The notes below the pieces were generated by a model that was given only the letters and a program-made list of their open reading frames with translations, ran no database searches and was not told the origin of the DNA. From the NCBI GenBank assembly GCA_965203835.1, contig OZ241919.1, positions 59,471 to 123,470 of the forward strand: a stretch of 64,000 bases of DNA. The letters run 5' to 3'. This document shows positions 59,489 through 64,000 of the stretch, piece after piece. Both the position numbers and the translations under genes were made by a program. Source of the DNA: Dehalococcoidia bacterium. Lineage in GTDB: Bacteria; Chloroflexota; Dehalococcoidia; Lucifugimonadales; UBA3495. The first letter of the stretch is position 1. Each line of letters opens with the position of its first letter.

Positions 59489-61600
59489 ATGCCGGGAGCC
59501 TTGATTTTGCAGGGTGAAAGACCTGAACCTCGTTTCCCTTTTACCGCCATCGTGGGGCAGACTTCCATGAAGCGTGCCCTACTGCTCAACGCTATTAACA
59601 CCAAGATTGGCGGTGTCCTCATTCGCGGCAAAAAGGGCACCGCCAAGTCCACCGCGGTGCGTTCCCTCGCCGCCTTGCTGCCGGAAGTATCGGTGCTGCG
59701 CGGCTGCCCTTACAGTTGTTCGCCCGACATGCTTCAAGGACTGTGCCAGCTTTGCGAGGGCGGCAGGGTGGAGGCGGACGAGGTCAACCGGCAGGTACGC
59801 ATCGTGGACCTGCCAGTGGGGGCCACCGAGGACCGGCTGGTCGGTTCCCTGGACATCGAGCAAGCCATCAAGACCGGTTCCCGCAGCTTTGAGCCGGGCC
59901 TCATCGCCACCACCCACCGGGGCATCCTGTACGTGGACGAAGTCAACCTTCTCAATGACCATTTGGTTGACGTGTTGCTTGACGCCGCAGCCATGGGCCG
60001 CAACTACGTGGAGCGCGAGGGCATATCCGTCAGCCATGCCGCCGACTTCATCCTCGTTGGCACCATGAACCCGGAGGAAGGGGACCTGCGCCCCCAGCTT
60101 CTCGACCGCTTCGGCTTGGCGGTTGAGGTGGACAGCGCCTTCACCCGCGAAGAACGCCGCCAAGTCGTGCAGCGTCGCATAGCCTACGAGGCCGACCCTT
60201 ACGGCTTTATGGATGAATGGCAAGCGGCCGAAGAGGAAGAACGGGAACACGTCCTCGCCAGCCGCAAGCTCCTTCCCCAAGTCCAGGTGGGCGACGACAT
60301 CCTGGAACTGATTACCGACGTATGCACCGAGTACCAGGTTGACGGTCTCAGGGCCGACATCGTCATGTACAAGACGGCCAGCACCATCGCCGCCTATGAA
60401 GGCCGGACAGAGGTTTCAGCAGAGGATGTGAGGGAAGCAGCCCAGATGGCGCTACTCCACCGCCAGAGACGGCAGCCCTTCCAGCAACCCCACTTGGCCA
60501 CTGAACAACTCGACCAGATGATCGACGAGTTCCAGAACCAACCCCGTGACCGCGAACCCTCAGACCCCGGCTCGGACTCCAGCCCAGACCAGGAAGAGAG
60601 CGACCCTGACCCGTCGGACCAGGAACAGCCCCAACAGAACGCCCAACCCCAGGACCAGGACTTCGAGGTCGGCAATCCCTTCTCAGTACGGTCATTGCAA
60701 CTGAAGCCACCGGACCACCGCGCCAGAAGGACGGGAGGCCGAAGGGCCAAAACGGTCAGCGGCTCTCCCACCGGTCACTACGTCGGCGCACAGCCTCCCA
60801 AAGACAACGTTACGGACCTCGCGTTGGACGCCACCCTCAGGGCCGCCGCCCCGCATCAGCGGGAGCGCCTTGCATCCGCGGGACCTGCGAACAACGTACT
60901 TATAGTTGAACCATGGGACATCCGCGAGAAAGTAAGGGAAACCAAGACAGGCAGTCTTATCCTCTTCGTCGTGGATGCCAGTGGTTCTATGGGTGCGCAA
61001 CGACGGATGGTGGCCGTGAAAGGGGCCGTACTCTCCCTACTCCTCGATGCCTACCAGAGACGAGACCGGGTTGGGCTCATCTCCTTCCGCGGCGCCCACG
61101 CCGACCTGTTGCTGCCCCCTACAAGCAGTGTGGACTTGGCCGAACTCCACCTGCGCGAGATGCCTACCGGCGGGCGCACACCCTTGAGCCGTGGCCTGTA
61201 CATGGCCTTGGACGTGATTGAAAACGAAAAGATGAAGAACCACGATGTGCTGCCGCTGCTGGTGCTTCTCTCTGATGGCCGGGCCAATGTCGCTATAGGC
61301 GCTTCCGGTCCCGGTAATCCCGCAGGTGACAGTCTGCCCGTTGCCGAGGCCAAGGCCGTTGGAGCGTTGGTGAAGCAACAACACATAAATTCTGTGGTGG
61401 TGGACACAGAGGCCGACTTCATCCGGCTGGGTATGGCAAGACACATCGCCGAAGCTATGGGCGCCCATTACCTGAAACTGGAAGACCTGCACGCCGACAG
61501 TTTGGCCGACGCCGTGCGGCTCGAGTTGCCAGCTCCCGACTCTCCGCCGCTTACCCAGCAGGAAATCCAGGGGCTTCTCGACCGGTTGGCCTTGTACTGA
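59489..61600 (+). CDS. chelatase ATPase/vWA fusion (complete ChlI-like AAA+ module, linker, ChlD-like vWA domain)
   Basis: 703 aa. FPFTAIVGQ..., Walker A GKKGTAKST, Walker B ILYVDEVNLL, GTMNPEEGDLRPQLLDRF. A P/Q/D/E-rich linker is followed by a vWA domain with the MIDAS motif VVDASGSMG. Confidence 0.8.
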   Translation: MPGALILQGERPEPRFPFTAIVGQTSMKRALLLNAINTKIGGVLIRGKKGTAKSTAVRSLAALLPEVSVLRGCPYSCSPDMLQGLCQLCEGGRVEADEVNRQVRIVDLPVGATEDRLVGSLDIEQAIKTGSRSFEPGLIATTHRGILYVDEVNLLNDHLVDVLLDAAAMGRNYVEREGISVSHAADFILVGTMNPEEGDLRPQLLDRFGLAVEVDSAFTREERRQVVQRRIAYEADPYGFMDEWQAAEEEEREHVLASRKLLPQVQVGDDILELITDVCTEYQVDGLRADIVMYKTASTIAAYEGRTEVSAEDVREAAQMALLHRQRRQPFQQPHLATEQLDQMIDEFQNQPRDREPSDPGSDSSPDQEESDPDPSDQEQPQQNAQPQDQDFEVGNPFSVRSLQLKPPDHRARRTGGRRAKTVSGSPTGHYVGAQPPKDNVTDLALDATLRAAAPHQRERLASAGPANNVLIVEPWDIREKVRETKTGSLILFVVDASGSMGAQRRMVAVKGAVLSLLLDAYQRRDRVGLISFRGAHADLLLPPTSSVDLAELHLREMPTGGRTPLSRGLYMALDVIENEKMKNHDVLPLLVLLSDGRANVAIGASGPGNPAGDSLPVAEAKAVGALVKQQHINSVVVDTEADFIRLGMARHIAEAMGAHYLKLEDLHADSLADAVRLELPAPDSPPLTQQEIQGLLDRLALY

Positions 61601-61652
61601 CGTCGGATGGTCGGTTGACCGGAGACCTCCCTCACAGTTAAAGGAACTTCAA

Positions 61653-62480
61653 ATGTCGTTCAGCAAGCGAAACATAGCCATTATCGCCGTGGTAGTCCTG
61701 ATTCCCGTGCTGGTGGTCGGGTGGTGGCTTCTGTCACCCCTGTTCATAAGCAAGACCGTAGATGAGGAATTCCCCTTTTCAGCGTCGGCGGTAGTCCCTG
61801 AAAACATGGAACGTAAGGACGTGGAAATGGTCATGTCCCGCATGGCCGAGATGGGGGAACAGGTAGACGAACCCATGATGAAAATGGAGGATATGAGCTC
61901 GGGCGCTGGTGAAATGATGGACAGCCCGATGATGGACGCTGTCGCTGACACCGCTGCCGCCGGTGCCGCTCAAGACCTGTCCGAGGATATGGCGCCGTAC
62001 ATGCCCCAAGGTATGCCGGCCACTACCGAGCAGGTAATGGTCCAGGTCATGGCTGACAGGATCAAGGAGAACTTGGAAGAGGCCATGACCGAGGCGATGG
62101 CCCAGCCGCCGGCAGACCCTCCGGCGCCGGTTGGCCTGAAGCAGGGTGAATTTACCGACGCCGACCGTTTCCACCAGGGCAGCGGCCAAGCCACCATATA
62201 CCGGCTTCCCGACGGCTCTCACGTACTCAGATTGGAGAACTTGGACGTCACCAACGGACCGGACTTGCGCGTCATTCTTTCACCCAGCCCAAATCCCGAA
62301 AGTAGCGCGGACGTCAAGGCTCAAGGCTACGTCGAACTGGACAAGCTCAAGGGGAACAGGGGCAACCAGAACTACCCTATTCCAGCGGGATTCGACGTAG
62401 GGCCAATCCAGAGCGTCGTCATCTACTGCAAGCCCTTCAAGGTGATTTTCAGCATAGCGTCCCTCCAGCAAGCGGGATAG
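61653..62480 (+). CDS. membrane-anchored Met-rich protein with C-terminal DM13 domain
   Basis: N-terminal TM helix (IAIIAVVVLIPVLVVGWWLL). Central region has dense Met clusters (MERKDVEMVMSRMAEMGEQVDEPMMKMEDMSSGAGEMMDSPMMD...). C-terminus GEFTDADRFHQGSGQATIYRLPDGSHVLRLENLDVTNGPDLRVIL is DM13-like. Confidence 0.65.
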   Translation: MSFSKRNIAIIAVVVLIPVLVVGWWLLSPLFISKTVDEEFPFSASAVVPENMERKDVEMVMSRMAEMGEQVDEPMMKMEDMSSGAGEMMDSPMMDAVADTAAAGAAQDLSEDMAPYMPQGMPATTEQVMVQVMADRIKENLEEAMTEAMAQPPADPPAPVGLKQGEFTDADRFHQGSGQATIYRLPDGSHVLRLENLDVTNGPDLRVILSPSPNPESSADVKAQGYVELDKLKGNRGNQNYPIPAGFDVGPIQSVVIYCKPFKVIFSIASLQQAG

Positions 62481-62621
62481 CGGCTTACACGTCTCCTCCG
62501 GTTTAATCCCTATGGAACAATCCCTTGTTGCCGCGATATTCAATCTTGGCCGTACTTGGGTTACACTATTGATGGTTGCATAAGTGTATATACAAGTCTT
62601 TGCGGCCCTTGATCAATCGCA

Positions 62622-63656
62622 ATGACCACCATCAACACAATTGAAGACTTAGTCCGGCTACTGGACGAGAAACCCGAGTGGGCCGAGGCGCTACGTTCCC
62701 GGTTGCTGACTCGCGAACTGATCGAACTGCCCGGCAAGTTTGAAACCTTCAGGGCGGAAATGACCCAAGCCATGTCTGACTTGGCCCGTGTCCTGACGGC
62801 AACTAATGAACGGCTTGACCAAGCTGAAGAGGACCGGCGGGACCTGCGACAGACCGTTATAGACCTGGCCCAGACCGTCAAGGGCTTGGCTGATGCCCAA
62901 GTGGAAACAAACCGGCGGCTTGACCAAGCTGAAGAGGACCGGCGAGACCTGCGCCAGGTCGTGCGGGGCTTGGCTGATGCCCAAGTAGAAACAAATCGGC
63001 GGCTTGACCAAGCTGAAGAGGACCGGCGAGACCTGCGCCAGGTCGTGCGGGGCTTGGCTGATGCCCAAGTGGAAACAAACCGGCGGCTTGACAGAGTAGA
63101 AGGTAACGTTCAGGGGCTTAGGTCCGAGTTAAACGGGCTTCAATCTGAGGTCAATGGGCTTAGGTCCGAGTTCAGTGGGCTTCAATCTGAGGTCAATGGG
63201 CTTAGGTCCGAGTTCAATGGGCTTCGTGACGATTTCGGTCCGGTAAAGGCTGCTCATGTTCGGAACGCCGCGCTACGAGAAGTCGCCGACATTGTCAGGT
63301 CGATCGGGTGCACCTTGGTTAGGGTGCTTGGACCGGAGGAAGTTTATGACTTGCATCGAGACAAGGACACCAGCGGTATTTCCAGCGATCAATTGAAGAG
63401 CTTCAGGTATGGCGACCTTATCATAGAAGCAACGGACATCAACGGCTCCGCCTGCTACCTCGCCGTAGAGGTGTCTTACACCGTCGACAAGAGAGACACA
63501 TCCAGGTCGGTCCGCAATGCCGCGTTCTTGACCAAATTCACCGGCAGGCCGGCTTTTGCCGGAGTCGCAGGCGTGCGTTTCGACGACGAGATCGCGTCCA
63601 GCGGTGATGGCGTTTTCCTGTACCAAGTGTATTCAAGGAACTTGGAAGTAGACTAG
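62622..63656 (+). CDS. coiled-coil repeat protein, paralogue of 16879..17895
   Basis: 344 aa. N-terminus MTTINTIEDLVRLLDEKPEWAEALRSRLLTRELIELP. Internal 28-aa and 7-aa repeats. C-terminus ...YGDLIIEATD...YLAVEVSYTVDKRDTSRSVRNAAFL aligns with the other copy. Confidence 0.7.
   Translation: MTTINTIEDLVRLLDEKPEWAEALRSRLLTRELIELPGKFETFRAEMTQAMSDLARVLTATNERLDQAEEDRRDLRQTVIDLAQTVKGLADAQVETNRRLDQAEEDRRDLRQVVRGLADAQVETNRRLDQAEEDRRDLRQVVRGLADAQVETNRRLDRVEGNVQGLRSELNGLQSEVNGLRSEFSGLQSEVNGLRSEFNGLRDDFGPVKAAHVRNAALREVADIVRSIGCTLVRVLGPEEVYDLHRDKDTSGISSDQLKSFRYGDLIIEATDINGSACYLAVEVSYTVDKRDTSRSVRNAAFLTKFTGRPAFAGVAGVRFDDEIASSGDGVFLYQVYSRNLEVD
62808..63092 (+). repeat. in-frame tandem repeats: one 105-bp unit, two 84-bp units and a partial unit
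   Basis: CGGCGGCTTGACCAAGCTGAAGAGGACCGGCG recurs at 62913 and 62997 (84-bp period). A 105-bp variant starts near 62808, and a truncated copy lies at 63079-63092. The repeats encode RRLDQAEEDRRDLRQVVRGLADAQVETN. Confidence 0.9.
63114..63239 (+). repeat. six in-frame 21-bp (heptad) repeats
   Basis: GGGCTT(AGG/CAA)TC(C/T)GAG(TTx/GTC)AAx is repeated six times and encodes GLRSELN GLQSEVN GLRSEFS GLQSEVN GLRSEFN GLRDDFG. Confidence 0.9.
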
Positions 63657-63773
63657 CCTCGTCCGAATAGAGCACAGTTTACATCATCCTAAGGAATTGG
63701 TACGCTCTATCGTGGCGGACGAACCCTCAGCCAACGTCCGCTACCCGGCAACTTTGGACCAAGGGAGAACCCA

Positions 63774-64000
63774 GTGGCCCGCTCTTTGCCCTATGCCGAC
63801 ATGGACAAAATCCTCTCGCTATCCAAGCGGAGGGGGTTCATCTTCCAGAGCAGCGAGATTTACGGCGGTCTCGGCTCTACTTGGGATTACGGCCCTTTGG
63901 GAGTCGAACTGAAGCGCCACGTCAAAGAGGCTTGGTGGCGCTCAGTCGTCCTGGAACGGGACGACATGGTGGGCTTGGACGCGGCTATCCTGATGCACCC
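63774..64000 (+). CDS. glyQS: glycine--tRNA ligase (class II, GlyQS type), 5' part only
   Basis: ...[46 protein letters not shown]... GTG 63774 lies 6 nt after GGGAG; ATG 63801 is the alternative. The gene runs off the window. Confidence 0.8.
   Translation, partial: MARSLPYADMDKILSLSKRRGFIFQSSEIYGGLGSTWDYGPLGVELKRHVKEAWWRSVVLERDDMVGLDAAILMH

Overview
This is a 64-kb high-GC bacterial chromosomal window. 60-nt lines I counted by hand gave about 60-68% G+C in core genes and 47-50% in three small islets. I saw no rRNA, tRNA, CRISPR array, transposase or integrase. The r-protein variants (Zn-ribbon L24, type-Z S14, Cys-rich S4 and L36, truA between rplQ and rplM) and the many amidohydrolase, LLM and acyl-CoA dehydrogenase genes suggest a Chloroflexota-like, possibly marine, organism; this is only a guess.

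Layout:
(1) 1-21.3 kb is a mixed-strand catabolic block: thiolase, two amidohydrolases, a hydantoinase-like enzyme, an atypical asparaginase-like protein, an LLM oxidoreductase, an esterase, an epimerase, a YHS protein, two acyl-CoA dehydrogenases, a fused EtfB-EtfA and pncB. It is interrupted by an AT-richer two-gene islet (PD-(D/E)XK-like protein plus membrane-anchored HEPN/DUF4145-like protein), by two PaREP1-like genes (one broken by an amber codon), and by a coiled-coil protein carrying nine perfect in-frame 42-bp repeats.
(2) 21.4-28.9 kb holds a promoter, SAM-I riboswitch and terminator, followed by mtnA-mtnP-rhodanese-ahcY-metK and a deiodinase-like thioredoxin-fold gene. That last gene has an in-frame TGA at its active site and is probably a selenoprotein; the ORF track splits it in two. 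A phosphoglucomutase/phosphomannomutase gene follows.
(3) 28.9-49.8 kb is an uninterrupted 37-gene minus-strand array running rpsL-rpsG-fusA, S10, spc and alpha genes, truA, rplM and rpsI. It includes rpmJ, which I found by hand, has a good sigma70-type promoter upstream of rpsL, and has no tuf.
(4) 49.9-51.7 kb is an AT-richer two-gene ABC/AAA-ATPase plus DUF4276 (Toprim-like) module and is a candidate defence islet.
(5) 51.8-62.5 kb is a cobalt/cobalamin cluster: cbiE-like, cobN, sodC, a HutX-like gene, a B12 riboswitch in front of cbtB-cbtA, a ChlI-ChlD fusion and a Met-rich DM13 protein.
(6) 62.6-64.0 kb holds a second coiled-coil paralogue with 84-bp and 21-bp in-frame repeats, and the start of glyQS.

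A roughly 25-nt REP-like hairpin (GTCATTCCCGC-GAAG-GCGGGAATCCA) occurs five times, three of them inside the ribosomal-protein array. All family names come from reading the ORF-track translations or my own translations. No searches were run.
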